Source: Haliotis rubra
Lineage: Eukaryota
Direction of reading: 5' to 3'
DNA length: 64,000 nucleotides
Assembly (NCBI RefSeq): GCF_003918875.1
Contig: NW_025766503.1
Coordinates: 496,001 to 560,000, forward strand
Positions 33,928-48,599 of the stretch are shown one piece after another. Both the position numbers and the translations under genes were made by a program. Numbering within the stretch: position 1 is the stretch's first letter; each line of letters starts with the position of its first letter. The notes beneath the pieces are model-generated. The model was not told the DNA's origin. It made no database searches and saw only the letters and a program-made list of their open reading frames with translations.

Positions 33928-36900
33928 ATTCTGTCATAGAGATCCCAGTGCGCAGTATTTCTGAGCCGACTCTAAAACATTCTGTCATAGTGATCCCAGT
34001 GCGCAGTATTTCTGAGCCACCCTAAAACATTCTGTCATAGTGATCCCACTGCGCAGTATTTCTGAGCCACTCTAAAACATTCTGTCATAGTGATCCCACT
34101 GCGCAGTATTTCTGAGCCACTCTAAAACATTCTGTCATAGTGATCCCACTGCGCAGTATTTCTGAGCCACTCCTAAAACATTCTGTCATAGTGATCCCAC
34201 TGCGCAGTATTTCTGAGCCACTCTAAAACATTCTGTCATAGTGATCCCACTGCGCAGTATTTCTGAGCCACCCTAAAACATTCTGTCATAGTGATCCCAC
34301 TGCATAGTGATCCCTGCGCAGTATTTCTGAGCCACCCTAAAACATTCTGTCATAGTGATCCCACTGCGCAGTATTTCTGAGCCACCCTAAAACATTCTGT
34401 CATAGTGATCCCACTGCGCAGTATTTCTGAGCCACCCTAAAACATTCTGTCATAGTGATCCCAGTGCGCAGTATTTCTGAGCCACTCTAAAACATTCTGT
34501 CATAGTGATCCCACTGCGCAGTATTTCTGAGCCACTCTAAAACATTCTGTCATAGTGATCCCACTGCGCAGTATTTTCTGAGCCACTCTAAAACATTCTG
34601 TCATAGTGATCCCACTGCGCAGTATTTCTGAGCCACCCTAAAACATTCTGTCATAGTGATCCCAGTGTCATAGTGATCCCACGCAGTATTTCTGAGCCAC
34701 TCTAAAACATTCTGTCATAGTGATCCCACTGCGCAGTATTTCTGAGCCACCTAAAACATTCTGTCATAGTGATCCCACTGCGCAGTATTTCTGAGCCACT
34801 CTAAAACATTCTGTCATAGTGATCCCACTGCGCAGTATTTCTGAGCCACCCTAAAACATTCTGTCATAGTGATCCCACTGCGCAGTATTTCTGAGCCGAC
34901 CTAAAACATTCTGTCATAGTGATCCCACTGCGCAGTATTTCTGAGCCACCCTAAAACATTCTGTCATAGTGATCCCACTGCGCAGTATTTCTGAGCCACT
35001 CTAAAACATTCTGTCATAGTGATCCCAGTGTCATAGTGATCCCACTGCGCAGTATTTCTGAGCCACTCTAAAACATTCTGTCATAGTGATCCCACTGCGC
35101 AGTATTTCTGAGCCACCCTAAAACATTCTGTCATAGTGATCCCACTGCGCAGTATTTCTGAGCCACTCTAAAACATTCTGTCATAGTGATCCCAGTGTCA
35201 TTCTGTCATAGTGATCCCACTGCGCAGTATTTCTGAGCCACCTAAAACATTCTGTCATAGTGATCCCACTGCGCAGTATTTCTGAGCCACCCTAAAACAT
35301 TCTGTCATAGTGATCCCACTGCGCAGTATTTCTGAGCCACCCTAAAACATTCTGTCATAGTGATCCCACTGCGCAGTATTTCTGAGCCACTCTAAAACAT
35401 TCTGTCATAGTGATCCCACTGCGCAGTATTTCTGAGCCACCCTAAAACATTCTGTCATAGTGATCCCACTGCGCAGTATTTCTGAGCCACTCTAAAACAT
35501 TCTGTCATAGTGATCCCACTGCGCAGTATTTCTGAGCCACCCTAAAACATTCTGTCATAGTGATCCCACTGCGCAGTATTTCTGAGCCACCTAAAACATT
35601 CTGTCATAGTGATCCCACTGCGCAGTATTTCTGAGCCACCCTAAAACATTCTGTCATAGTGATCCCACTGCGCAGTATTTCTGAGCCACTCTAAAACATT
35701 CTGTCATAGTGATCCCACTGCGCAGTATTTCTGAGCCACCCTAAAACATTCTGTCATAGTGATCCCACTGCGCAGTATTTCTGAGCCACCCTAAAACATT
35801 CTGTCATAGTGATCCCACTGCGCAGTATTTCTGAGCCACCCTAAAACATTCTGTCATAGTGATCCCACTGCGCAGTATTTCTGAGCCACCTAAAACATTC
35901 TGTCATAGTGATCCCTGCGCAGTATTTCTGAGCCACTCTAAAACATTCTGTCATAGTGATCCCACTGCGCAGTATTTCTGAGCCACTCTAAAACATTCTG
36001 TCATAGTGATCCCACTGCGCAGTATTTCTGAGCCACCCTAAAACATTCTGTCATAGTGATCCCACTGCGCAGTATTTCTGAGCCACCTAAAACATTCTGT
36101 CATAGTGATCCCACTGCGCAGTATTTCTGAGCCACCCTAAAACATTCTGTCATAGTGATCCCACTGCGCAGTATTTCTGAGCCACTCTAAAACATTCTGT
36201 CATAGTGATCCCACTGCGCAGTATTTCTGAGCCACCCTAAAACATTCTGTCATAGTGATCCCACTGCGCAGTATTTCTGAGCCACCCTAAAACATTCTGT
36301 CATAGTGATCCCACTGCGCAGTATTTCTGAGCCACTCTAAAACATTCTGTCATAGTGATCCCAGTGCGCAGTATTTCTGAGCCACCCTAAAACACATTGA
36401 TCCCAGTGTCATAGTGATCCCACTGCGCAGTATTTCTGAGCCACTCTAAAACATTCTGTCATAGTGATCCCACTGCGCAGTATTTCTGAGCCACCCTAAA
36501 ACATTCTGTCATAGTGATCCCACTGCGCAGTATTTCTGAGCCACTCTAAAACATTCTGTCATAGTGATCCCAGTGCGCAGTATTTCTGAGCCACCCTAAA
36601 ACATTCTGTCATAGTGATCCCAGTGTCATAGTGATCCCACTGCGCAGTATTTCTGAGCCACTCTAAAACATTCTGTCATAGTGATCCCACTGCGCAGTAT
36701 TTCTGAGCCACCCTAAAACATTCTGTCATAGTGATCCCACTGCGCAGTATTTCTGAGCCACTCTAAAACATTCTGTCATAGTGATCCCACTGCGCAGTAT
36801 TTCTGAGCCGACCTAAAACATTCTGTCATAGTGATCCCACTGCGCAGTATTTCTGAGCCACCCTAAAACATTCTGTCATAGTGATCCCACTGCGCAGTAT

Positions 36901-37276
36901 TTCTGAGCCACCCTAAAACATTCTGTCATAGTGATCCCACTGCGCAGTATTTCTGAGCCACCCTAAAACATTCTGTCATAGTGATCCCACTGCGCGGTAT
37001 TTCTGAGACTCTAAAACATTCTGTCATAGTGATCCCACTGCGCAGTATTTCTGAGCCACCCTAAAACATTCTGTCATAGTGATCCCACTGCGCAGTATTT
37101 CTGAGCCACTCTAAAACATTCTGTCATAGTGATCCCACTGCGCAGTATTTCTGAGCCACCCTAAAACATTCTGTCATAGTGATCCCACTGCGCAGTATTT
37201 CTGAGCCACTCTAAAACATTCTGTCATAGAGCTCCCAGTGCGCAGTATTTCTGAGCCACCCTAAAACATTCTGTCT
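33928..37276. repeat. 50 bp satellite (~65 copies)
   Basis: Tandem CATTCTGTCATAGTGATCCCACTGCGCAGTATTTCTGAGCCAC(C/T)CTAAAA. Confidence 0.98.
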
Positions 37277-39204
37277 AACGTCACGAAAACGCTCATTTCG
37301 TCTTTCAAACCTTGATTCATCTGAAAACGTAACGTTTTCCCAACCACGATCGGTCTAGGGCTGCCGCTCTTCACACCACCGACGTCTTGTGACGGTCCGT
37401 CAGTTGTGGGAGAACACGTTGACGTCGAGCATGCAGGTTCCATCTGTGTAGCCGATTACGAGATAGTCACTCTAACACCGGAAACTCTTTGAAGCTAATT
37501 TCCAATAAGGGTTTCGTAACACGGTCATTTTGATGAAACGGTCTTGTGCGTCAATTGTCGACCATATCGACAGGTGTCAGCAACGTTTTTTGCCTCTGGA
37601 TATCGTCATTATAATCAGCTTATTACTGTGAAACGTTAAGAGCTCGTGACACAATGCTCTGTCTTGTTTCAACTTTCAACCTGCCAATTACTCGTAGCAG
37701 TTACTCACGTTACAGACGTGAAAAAACGTTTAGTGGAGTTTAAAACAAAATCAAAACGACAATCAGTGTGATTTTTATCACTGAAACGTACAGGAACACA
37801 CTGACACGTTTCACTGTGAAGTTTGAAGTGTATCCCGACCATACTGATGAGCGCATGTCAACATCGCTTGCACCCTGTGAATGGAATGATCATTTCTGAA
37901 TCCTGACAACTTGGTTCCCAGAAAATATACCCCCAAAATGGAATATCCCCTACTTTTCAAATAGTATGTTAGAGTTCTATGTCGTTGATATACACAACCT
38001 TTCAAAGGTTATTGTAAAATGTACAGACGAGCACAAAGTGAATTTCATTTTCTATTTCTCTTTTGCATAATGGACGAATTCGTTTCTTCCTTCATTTACA
38101 AATAGGCATAATAAACCAATCCTATCTTCATCAGTATGTTACCTATGTTTTTTCCATGGTGCAATTAGTTTTATGTCAGAACAAAAAGTATGTATGCAAA
38201 CATAATACCAGCCACGCGGGTATCAGATTTGTGCAATTATCTGAGGTTTTTGCACAGACACTAGATATTGTTTCAGCTACAGCTGCATATATGAACCTAA
38301 ATTTATTATTTTATATCTTGCAGCGGTGTATGTCTTCCAACAGTGTGAAGCTCAAGAGCATAGTAAGTTTTTAAACCATGGTCTGGGCCTTATGTTCGTT
38401 TAGATAACACTTTGTGACATTAAAGAGATCGTTCAAGATATAGGTGGCACTGGAATGGCAAAGTATGCGTTTCTGCAGCGGCCACACAAACAACACTGTT
38501 ATTGCCATACTCAGGGCTTGCCAAAATGTAAGCATAACCACATTTTGATGCTCATAGCGAGGGTGTGTGGAGAACCTTAATATGGGTACCTTGAGATAGT
38601 AAAAGCTCATCAACAACCGGTGGAAAGACGATCTGTTGGAGAATATTACGTATCAGCAATGTCGCGTAGATCCAGTAATATATATATTTCCGTTTATGTG
38701 GTATAACAGAGACTTCAGTTTACATCCACCTTGTGCAGAGCGTCAACAGCCTAACAACATGCTTATATGTCAAAGTTTGAAACATTCATTAATTCCTTCA
38801 AATATTCATCTATGGCTGTTTCCTACGACAGGAGTACATTGGCGGGACCTAAAACACGTTGTAGTCAAGAAATAATATAGGTGGGTTTTTTTATCCACAT
38901 TCCATAACATAACTCATTCGGCACCAGTTTCAGGTTCTTTATTGATTTGTCTCGAAATTCTTAGAATTGTCTGCAAAGGATTAGGGAATCACAATCCATG
39001 CTTCGGGGAACGTTTTTCAAACTACTGTGTCACCTTGTTCACGGCGTCATAATCAATAGATTTGAGTCCATCGGTGTTCTGGTGTTAGTTATATTCTCTA
39101 TTCTTTTATTCGTATTGTTCGTACAGTGGAATGTGTGTACAGGTTGTTGTACTCGTGGTTTTTATTGGACATTGCAGGACACTAGTATATACCAGTGTTC
39201 GTCC

Positions 39205-39522
39205 GTTTCTTTCTCTACTACACACTCTCATCAATCCTGCAATGACCTGTAGTTGACTAGTCTATATTGCATGACACTATTATATACTAGTTTTCCTGTT
39301 TCTTTCTCTACTACACTCTCATCAATCCTGCAATGACCTGTAGTTGACTAGTCTATATTGCATGACACTATTATATACTAGTTTTCCTGTTTCTTTCTCT
39401 ACTACACACTCTCATCAATCCTGCAATGACCTGTAGTTGACTAGTCTATATTGCATGACACTATTATATACTAGTTTTCCTGTTTCTTTCTCTAGTACAC
39501 ACTCTCATCAATCCTGCAATGA
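39205..39522. repeat. ~93 bp tandem repeat (~3.4 copies)
   Basis: Repeating TTTCTTTCTCTACTACACACTCTCATCAATCCTGCAATGACCTGTAGTTGACTAGTC... Confidence 0.9.
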
Positions 39523-41229
39523 ACTGCGTGGACCAGTCCATAGTTTCGGGGGTGCAACACTATAGGTGTTGTCGTGACTCCGCACATGAATACCTTTCTG
39601 GGTGAAGTGGAGGTAGGGTTGAATGGACCGTGCGGAATATCAGTGGATGTGAAGCTAAAATTGCTCCTTTTATGGGTGTAATTAGTTTTATATCCCCCTG
39701 GCGTCGTGCATGGAAATTCGTTACATGTCTAAACGCATAAACGTGGTTTATGATCAATTGCTGAATGTGTTATTATTCATAGATTCATAATCGTGCACCA
39801 TTCCCCTTGACTATAAACACCTTCGAGTTTAATGTACAGTCGACTGACCGAGAACAAGTAATGAAATTAATTTACATACTAAACGAACTCATCCCAAATA
39901 GAAATAATAATAAAACTGCCATGTATGTACATTTGTTAGATAAATGTGACATATGTACACTTTTATATGTTTCACGTCACACCTAATGATAGGGGATATA
40001 GTGTCTTCACTTTAAAGTCACGTATAAGTCCATCGACTAACCCACATTGCCTCTTTCTTTGTACAGAAAGACTGGATGATCCAGCATTGATACCGAATAT
40101 GAGTTATTATGGCTAAATGCGTTTTTCGAAATGTTTTTAACAGATTATATAAAAACAACATGAATTCAAATTGTCCACATGACAAAACTTTAATTGTAGC
40201 ATGGTTATGCTAATGAGCCGACAGGTATGAGGGGTGTTCTGACAGATGAGAATGTGGGTGTAAACAGGAATACAAACCATGGAATACAAACCATGTGTTA
40301 TGAAACAGTTATTATCAAACGATTATAAGGGTAAAGCTACTTTCCATGAACTGAAAAGACCGAGGGCTTCTGCAAATGATAATACCTGAAAAATAATGTT
40401 ACTGTTATTATAGCTAAAATGGATAGAAGTTTTAATAAAATAAAACCAAACAACGGTTTTGAAGCATTTACTGCTAACAACAAACGACGGAGGTCACTGA
40501 CACACTTTTGACAAATATGGAAACATCATAGAACAAAACAGATGACGTCACTATGGAGCTCAACAACGTCAGAGTTCCAGTCGATGTTTTCAGTGCTACA
40601 TGTTGTAATTTATGGTACAATTGTTAAGGTTAGCACTGGCAAGAAAGTGCATAATGGCAATGGTACATGTGACGAATGTGAATCAGATATATCGTCAATA
40701 TTGAACCCAAGTTCAAACGACACGTAGGTGGTTGAACATCAAGAGTTGAGTTCCTTATGACGTCACCTAACAACGGGCATGATAATGGCCCGTCGTAAAG
40801 CAATTTGGGGGCATTATCAAGTTACAGTGGCCTGCTCATTTCTGATAACATGCGGGCGTTTTAATGATAATTATATCCGTTTCAGCTATAATCATTTATA
40901 ACACATCTTCTTAAACAATAAGTCGGGAGTACTCGGACGTAACTTACAGTTTCCAAGATTGTAAAAGACATTAGCTTCTGGTAACACTATGAAGGAACTG
41001 GACACGCACACCAAAAGGCAGTGATATATCACACTTCTCATATCACATGTCATAGCCGTCACCGATCCAGGTGGACGTCACAGATAAGAAGGGAGAAGTC
41101 AAACGTTGTTGTACGAGTAGTGCATAACGTTAAGTACTACGCTTTGTCAAACTTCCATTCAGTTGACGAGACGAGACGAGTTTCCCAATGGCGATTTGAA
41201 AGTGTCTGTCCAACTCCAACTTAGTTTAC

Positions 41230-41600
41230 TGTCTATGACCTTTGTGCACACATCTGCCGAACATGTTCCAAACCTGTTCAGTTAGGAAAAGGGTCTGAGG
41301 TCATCGCTGGTCATGTCATTCTGTGGATAGTGTTGTGTTAGAGGTGAGCGATTCGTGCACTGTTGATACAGGCTTTGAACATAGCCCTGAACGATAAAAC
41401 GTCGACCCACATACCCTTACTCAAAGTGATACCGCCCTACACCATGACCAATGCACCGCAAGATATGTGTCGGGTTGACATTGGCTTGTCGTCCACCTCC
41501 TTGTCGCTAGACATCACCTTGCCCATGAAAGAACAAACAGTGGCCTTAGAGCATGGATACTTTGCTAATCATCTAACCTATCAGTCGTACTTCAGTAGAT
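41230..41600 (-). pseudogene. Highly degenerate Tc1-like transposase relic
   Basis: VMV.GGIT and TEQVWNMFGRCV resemble VMVWGGI and IEHVWDMLGRRV. Confidence 0.45.
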
Positions 41601-42409
41601 TGATTAGATTCGCTGTTTGAGCTCGATAGAGCATGGTTTCGGATAAATCGATGCTCTACTCTTGTCGTTGACCTTGTTTGTTGTCAGCATCTTTGTTCTA
41701 GTATTTGGTATTGAGTTTCATATTTTATGATTTCATTCCTTTAATATAAAAAGTGTTCAAAACGAGAGTGTTGCATCACTGTCAAGGCTGACCCTAAAGA
41801 CCAAGGGGGTCACGGCCTGTCCGAAGCACTTCTGTGAAATTACGATATTAAATACTAGAAATTGTTGTCTTAATTGTGTCATCATGTACGTCAAATCAAT
41901 ACGCTTTTCAGAAATGTATAATTTATAATCGCCAGACATATACATCATGGGACCACCCTTCCCCAAAATGAACAAACAAACCCCACCCATCCCCCACCTC
42001 TAAAAAAAATAAATAAAAATAAAATTAAAAACAACAACAACACAGCGCAATGATTAGTCTAAGAAAAGCAGTTACTACAACTGAAATAGAGCAACAACTG
42101 TTGCTTTCAAATGATCAAAATATAATAGTACAACGTCCAACTTAGCGTCAGGTTATTCATACATGCACAGTGCTTCATTTTATAACATGGTACGATTTTA
42201 TTGATGAAAAGTAACTACAATGTGTTGTCCATTGTCATCCACCCTGCACATTAAATCTGGATAACTCACATTTTGAAATGTCTCTTCCGTGTAGGAATCT
42301 GCTGTTGTTCAGCACTAAGATCAGGATTCTGGGTTGGGTTCACGTTTGGCTAGACTGACCAAACCTTCTAGATTTTTATTGGAAATGACTATATTATTGA
42401 TTCTGTCGA

Positions 42410-42640
42410 AGTAGCAGCACCAGGCTCATCATAAGGATTAATTTAGTGCTTGAAACTTATTTTGCCTGATGAATGGTCAGCAGGAATTAGAAATCAAATC
42501 TTCAAAACTAAAGGTAATTGTATAAAACCAACACTCATACAGGCCCATAACTATATCTAGCTGCCTCCTGTGTTAATCATTCGCAAATATATGAACTATG
42601 AGACTAGCAATAAATGTCTATTATGATAGAATTACATGTA
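42410..42640 (+). pseudogene. LINE RT fragment
   Basis: LPDEWSAGI...IFKTKG...SYRPITISSCL. Confidence 0.55.
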
Positions 42641-42871
42641 GTTATTAATCTTCCATTAACCCTACCATCGCATATCATTCCATGATGCCATGCCGCCGAG
42701 TTTTATTTATAATAGTTCTGTTAAACGTGAGCGTGTGTCTGCGTATGCCGTAGCCTATTTGTATATACTACTTCTGTTAAGAGATTGTTGGGACATGGTG
42801 TGTGTAGTAGTACTACTGGTATTCTACCATGACTTCAGTAGATACTGGTATGTGACTGGTTAATTAAAGTC

Positions 42872-43110
42872 ATTCAGAGGTATAAAATCACGTTATATAC
42901 CTTTGATTTTCCAAAACAGAATGTATTTGTTTTAATTTTAATAATGCGGTTATAGTCGAATGGAGATACATATACTGGGTTGGAAAATCAGAGGTATATA
43001 ACGAAATTATAATAGCTCTAATTTGTTTGTTTAAACCCTTATGCCTCGCGTTCGGTTTTAAATCAAATTTAGAGCTTTTATAATTTCGTCATATACCTCT
43101 GATTTTCTGA
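42872..43110. repeat. Fold-back/MITE-like inverted repeats
   Basis: GAAAATCAGAGGTATATAACGAAATTATAATAGCTCTA (42983-43020) pairs with 43070-43107 and partly with 42888-42914. Confidence 0.7.
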
Positions 43111-43360
43111 AATATGGCCTTGTATATAATTGTATATAACTGAACAGAAAGTGAGTACTTTATACTGTTGAAAACAACTGATCACATTGGATCTAAAGGT
43201 GGGTAGCGTGGAAGTTGTTCTGATTTAATTGTATTTAATCCCTAAGACGCAAGACTACCGCAATAATGAACTGAGGAAGACAATGCTTATGTTCCGGATC
43301 GTCACTAGCCGAATGAGGCTAACCTAGTTTCGCCCTGAATCTGCGCTCATTTACTGAGCC

Positions 43361-43850
43361 CATTCGTAACTACTCGTCCCTTTCCGTAACCTGAAAGTAA
43401 ACGCGTACCCCTCTTGTAGCCATTTTATTGAACGCGGCTGTCTGAGCGCAAAATCGCAGAGAAAGAAATAATCTAGTCGCCGAACTATTTTCAAAGGCAC
43501 GTAACTCTAGTTTACTTGGAATACACACATTGCATCCACGCCAAGGAAATCACCTCAAAGGGTATGTTTAACATGCTTAAATACTTTCCTATGCCATAAA
43601 GTTAAAATATCCTCGTTATAAAAATTCAGGAAACCCAGGTGGACTATTCAATAATTAGAATATACTTGAAGTGTCTGGGAAAAAAATATGCCAGCCGAAA
43701 TGAAAAATATTTCAAAGACCTATTTTGACCCAATTTCTTCTCTACATACGCGCATTCTGATTGGCTTGGGGAATATTACTCCCGGACATGGCTACGAGCG
43801 GGGTACGAGTCTACTTTCAGGTTACGGAAAGGGACGAGTAGTTACGAATC
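43361..43850. mobile_element. MULE-like MITE with ~60 bp TIRs and 10 bp TSD
   Basis: TIR ATTCGTAACTACTCGTCCCTTTCCGTAACCTGAAAGTA...; TTACTGAGCC duplicated at 43351-43360 and 43851-43860. Confidence 0.85.
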
Positions 43851-45177
43851 TTACTGAGCCCTGCCAAATTTATGTAAGGGAGGTAATCGTCACAAACAAG
43901 GTTTAAGCTGTAAAACAATAAATTAATTGCAAAAATGCTGTTGATATTGTTTTATAATGCCTGTGTTGAATAAATAGTCAAGGGAAATTATTTTATAGTA
44001 CGTGAGCTGAGATCTGGCAGTAGGTTTGCTGTATTCATTAGTGTTGATTTTTAAGTGGCAGCACATTTATTTAGTTTCTGAACCTTCTTTGACAGCTATG
44101 AATTTAGAGTGACTTTCCTTGGCTATGCTTGTTTATAATCCAAACTCCGTCCAGGCGCCTGACACCTTCAATACCCTACCGGTAAAGAGTGCTTCGCTGT
44201 GAGGAGATTGTTCACCGAGGTTGATTTGCTCATTACACGATTTCGAGATGAAGAAGGTCTGGCTGTACTTATTTAAGTACAAGAAGAGGGCAATTCGAGA
44301 CCTTCCTTCTACGACTTGATTTGCGTCTTTTCTTGGACTTAGAATGTGGCTCGTAGAATGTAGAATGTGGCTAATTCAAGACATTGAATTCGAGAAGCAA
44401 ATGGCCTTGTGACTACACTGATGTTTGTAATACAGCCTGATGATTGTAAGTGCTGCCAGACAGTGTATTGCCTCATGTCTTGTACTCCCGTGTACGTCAA
44501 TATCTAACTTCTTGAATAGTCATGTATACACAAAGACCTGAATTAAGCATTCCCTGTATTTTTGCAATGATAGGTTTTCAACACGTACATAAAACTTCTC
44601 GTGGTGTCCACGATGGAATGTTTAACATGAATTTTTCTGACCCGTAGGATCCTTTGACTCATAAAAAAACGGCACAATGATTGGAATCCATGTTGATTTT
44701 TATGATGATAATTGCTCATTTATAATAACCCACAAAACCATGTTTGTACAAGTATGGCACTGGAATGTTTAATGTTGAATTTACTAATGGATGTGAGCAT
44801 TCAAAGTGTTATTTTGCGTGTCTTACACGGTTCAAGGTCAATACCGAGTGTAACCTCCATGTGACTGTATGACAGCCAGCACTCTCCTCCTCATATCCCG
44901 TCAGCCACCTGATCCTCTGAATGTGCAGTCTACGACACTGGTCGTATAAAGCAGCTTCCAATTGGGCCAGGTTGAGTACAGGAGGATCCCTTGCTCATTC
45001 AATCGTGAGATATGTCAGGGGGTGCTTAACTAAGTTCTTTGTGTATATATTGTGTGGTGGTTTACTGGTTTCTCTGTGTTATGACGTTAAAATTTGTTAA
45101 AATACTAAACAATATATATGAAAATATCAATACCTATCTATATTATTAATAATATATATTCAAAATATCCATGTACA

Positions 45178-45271
45178 CATTACATTGTAAGCCCATTTCT
45201 GGTGTCCCCCGCCGTGATGTTGATGGAATATTGCTAAAAGCGGCGTAAAACCAAACTCAGTCAGTCAGTCA
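45178..45271 (+). mobile_element. 3' fragment of tRNA-derived SINE (family 2)
   Basis: GCCCATTTCTGGTGTCCCCCGCCGTGAT...GGAATATTGCTAAAAGCGGCGTAAAACCAAACTCAGTC. Confidence 0.75.
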
Positions 45272-46357
45272 TTAAATTGCTTGATGTAATGCTGTCGTAC
45301 ATTACGGATAAAACGTCTTGGTAAATTGGAGAAACGTGACATTATAAATGAGTACATTTTCATTTCTGAATTAACTACGGGAATTTGAATTTCGAGAAAT
45401 ATTTAAGAGATTAGGAGTCTGGTTATTGATATAATTTAGAGAAATGCATTAGCTTCTCCGATGAAAATGGAAATATAGATGGTAATAGTGTTTCTATCCA
45501 AGAACAGCGGTGCCAGCTACGGATGACCATCCTTGGATTCAACTATGAATACAGATTTGTATAGTTCTTGTTGATGTTGTAGTTTATTTGTTTCAAATAT
45601 CTTTTGTTTTAACAATGTCAGGTCATATCTTTCCCACGGCTTTAGACACAAATGAAACAACAAAAGGCTGAAAGGAGAGATGAGTCAAGTTAAATAACGC
45701 CAACAGAAATGAATGGTTTTATTCTTAGTCCTAGAGGTGGAATGAGGGATGACGTTCAAGGGTTTAAACCTTTTTAACAAGGCAGTTATGAACTAATAAT
45801 TGATGTTTCGAGACACAGATACAATATTTATACCTTGATACGATGCATTGAAATCATCCACGAACAATAACCATCAACATTCATTAAAAACTTTAGATTA
45901 TGTCTGCCTTTTATTGGAATGACAGCGCTAGGCCAAGAAGAAGGCAAGTTACCATTGTCCAGATACTAGCAAACATGTTTTCACTGTTTCTAAACATGAA
46001 TCAGGTAATTGCAGTCGATGCTGAATATTAACATGCCATTCCACTGTTCACAATTTTAGACTTTAAGATGTTGAGAGTCGTACTTTTAACCAAAGTCTTG
46101 GCAAAACTGTGTTGCCATATCATTCAGTGGAGACAAAAAGCGGCAATCAACTGACGTTAATTCAAATTCTGTGTCTGCTGAGATAGGAGTCTTGTCGACA
46201 GACTGCTGATTATTTTCAAATCCTGGTCTCATTGCTGCAATACATTACCTTTGGCCACCTACCATTCCACTGTACAATGCCGGCAAAACACAACCGACCA
46301 CACTTGTATCCCCTAATCAGCCACCATACACCTGTGCTGAAATGAAACAGGTAGTTA

Positions 46358-46595
46358 TTTGTTTGTTTGTTGTTTAAATCCCCAATCAATAATATTCAAG
46401 CTATATGTCGGCGGTCTGTAAATAATCGACCTGACAATCCAGTGACCGGCATCATGAGCATATCGAACTACGCAATTTCGATACGATGACATGAGGCAAC
46501 CAAGTCAGCGATCTTGACCACCCGATTACGTAAGTCGCTTCTTACAACAAGCGTGGGTTGCAGAAGATCAATTCTAACCCGGATCTGAAAGGGTC
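46358..46595 (-). mobile_element. SINE-like repeat, family 1
   Basis: Diverged reverse-complement copy of 26983-27224. Confidence 0.75.
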
Positions 46596-48599
46596 AAAAA
46601 GGTAAACGGGTTTCCAAAAGAAACGTTTGATGTGTGGAGGTCAACCACTTACAAAATATCATAGATATCGCTATGACTCAAAATGATATGATATTGATAA
46701 TTTCTTATGGTATTAAAATGGCATTTGGCCGCTGAACGCGTAGTAGCTTAAGAGGAAATAATGGCAACAAACAAGTAGGGGTTAAATTTCATTTTACGGG
46801 ACAGAATGGTTTCACGAGGATACGATGTTGACGTGATAGATAGAGTCCACGGTAAGGGCGACATGATCGAATACCCGCAGCCCTCAAACGCCTTGACACA
46901 GATTGCCGACTGATGACGTGACCCATAGCATACCTTGCTGATGACGTCACTGGGATGAACCTGTTTCTTAAGTGAATGACTCTAAGGTAGCGGTGTTCTA
47001 CAGGTGTAGTGCCCCTTGGTCTTCCACTTCTGGGTCTGTCTGTAGTCTGTCCCGTTTGCCGTTAACGTAGATTAGCCTCAATATGGTATTGTGAGAACAA
47101 CCATGTGATACAAACGAATGATCTTGACTTTCATAGCAAAAGTGCACGAGCATTTTGCTGAACTTGCACAAATCATGAAATCACATTTGAACTCTATATG
47201 ACCTCAATCTGACATGTTTTCATGCATGTTCTCGCCGATTCTTTGAGCAGTGTTTGGGGATGTTTTACGAGTAGAAATCGATTTACAGTTTGAATCTCAG
47301 AAAATATTTAACATTTAACAATGTGCAACGTTTCTTTTGGTCACCAGTATAGTTATATGTGCAGTTCTAGATGTTCATGTACACAACCTTATGCATGGTG
47401 AACGAATTACTCACTCTGAACAGTTAGAGTTGTTTGGGTTTCAGATGAAGATGACTGTCATGAAATTGAAATAGACTCGATGTATAATTTTTAAATCTGT
47501 GGACAGACTGATCTATGAGAATGAGAATCTATTTTACCAATATAAAGCTATTTAAGGGCATTTTCACGTCGAATAGAATAAAATGAAGCACAATGTAATA
47601 AATTGTACAAAACACCCTAATTTGGCAGGGTTCAATATTCATAATCAAACTAAAATGGCATATTTAAATTTACGGAGGGATATTAAAGACGATACAGACA
47701 CCCAATGTCTAGTTCGTTCCTTAACTCTTATGGTGCTTTTTCCCACCATATTGCTGCACTTTGGGAATAATTCGATTTAATGAATTGATACCCCATACAT
47801 TCGAACCAAAGGTTGCTAATATCACTTCCAGAACATTTCATAATCGAAGGATGACAGCAATGGAGAGGCAGGCGTCTATGGTTTGGTGGCGTTGAAGTTT
47901 AAACCACGCGACTGTTTGGGTGTCAGGAGAGAGGGGTCTGCGGTCAGGTAGTCCTTCGTGTAGCTCGCTTACTGTTACCAACTTGTGAGTTGACGTTATC
48001 CTGCAGCTGAAAGAACTTCCTGTGATATAATAATGATGTAGTTTGTATATGAGACCTATAATGACAAAGCTGTAACGAGGCCTTTGTTAACGTCCATAAA
48101 TCACGTAGCGACTTCCTTTATAGATTAACAAATCCCAAAACAGTTGATGGAAGAAGAAACCGATCCGTTGTCTCATAGTCTTTCTTGAAGCGAGTTACCT
48201 CCGTAAAAGACACTTGGCTCTTACTGATAGATACAATTTAGAGAGAGCTATAGTGATCAACTAGTATACTCCGCGATGTTGGTATCAGTCTATTTTAGCC
48301 ATGTCTAGGTGTAGATGTTAATTTAGTATAACGAAGTCTTCCTCCCACTCAGTAGTGGATACCTCTTCAGTGTAGTGATCTTGCTTCTTCTCAGTAAGAA
48401 CATTGACGAGTTTCTCATATCAGTTGGTACTATTTAATGAGAGTTCTTCAAGCAAATTTAGGATAAATTTAGTAAACATATTTTCTGTGTATCTTTGACA
48501 TTGATTATCCTTTTTCTTACACTGTAGAATGCTTATCATATGTTTCAAATGAGTGTTTTATGATTCAGCCAGGCCGATTTCACGGCCTGCTTCAGGTCT

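Noticed and set aside
38324-38362. Candidate 39 bp host exon (polypyrimidine-CAG ... GTAAGT)
   Set aside because: No partner exons or recognisable protein; cannot be supported without RNA data.
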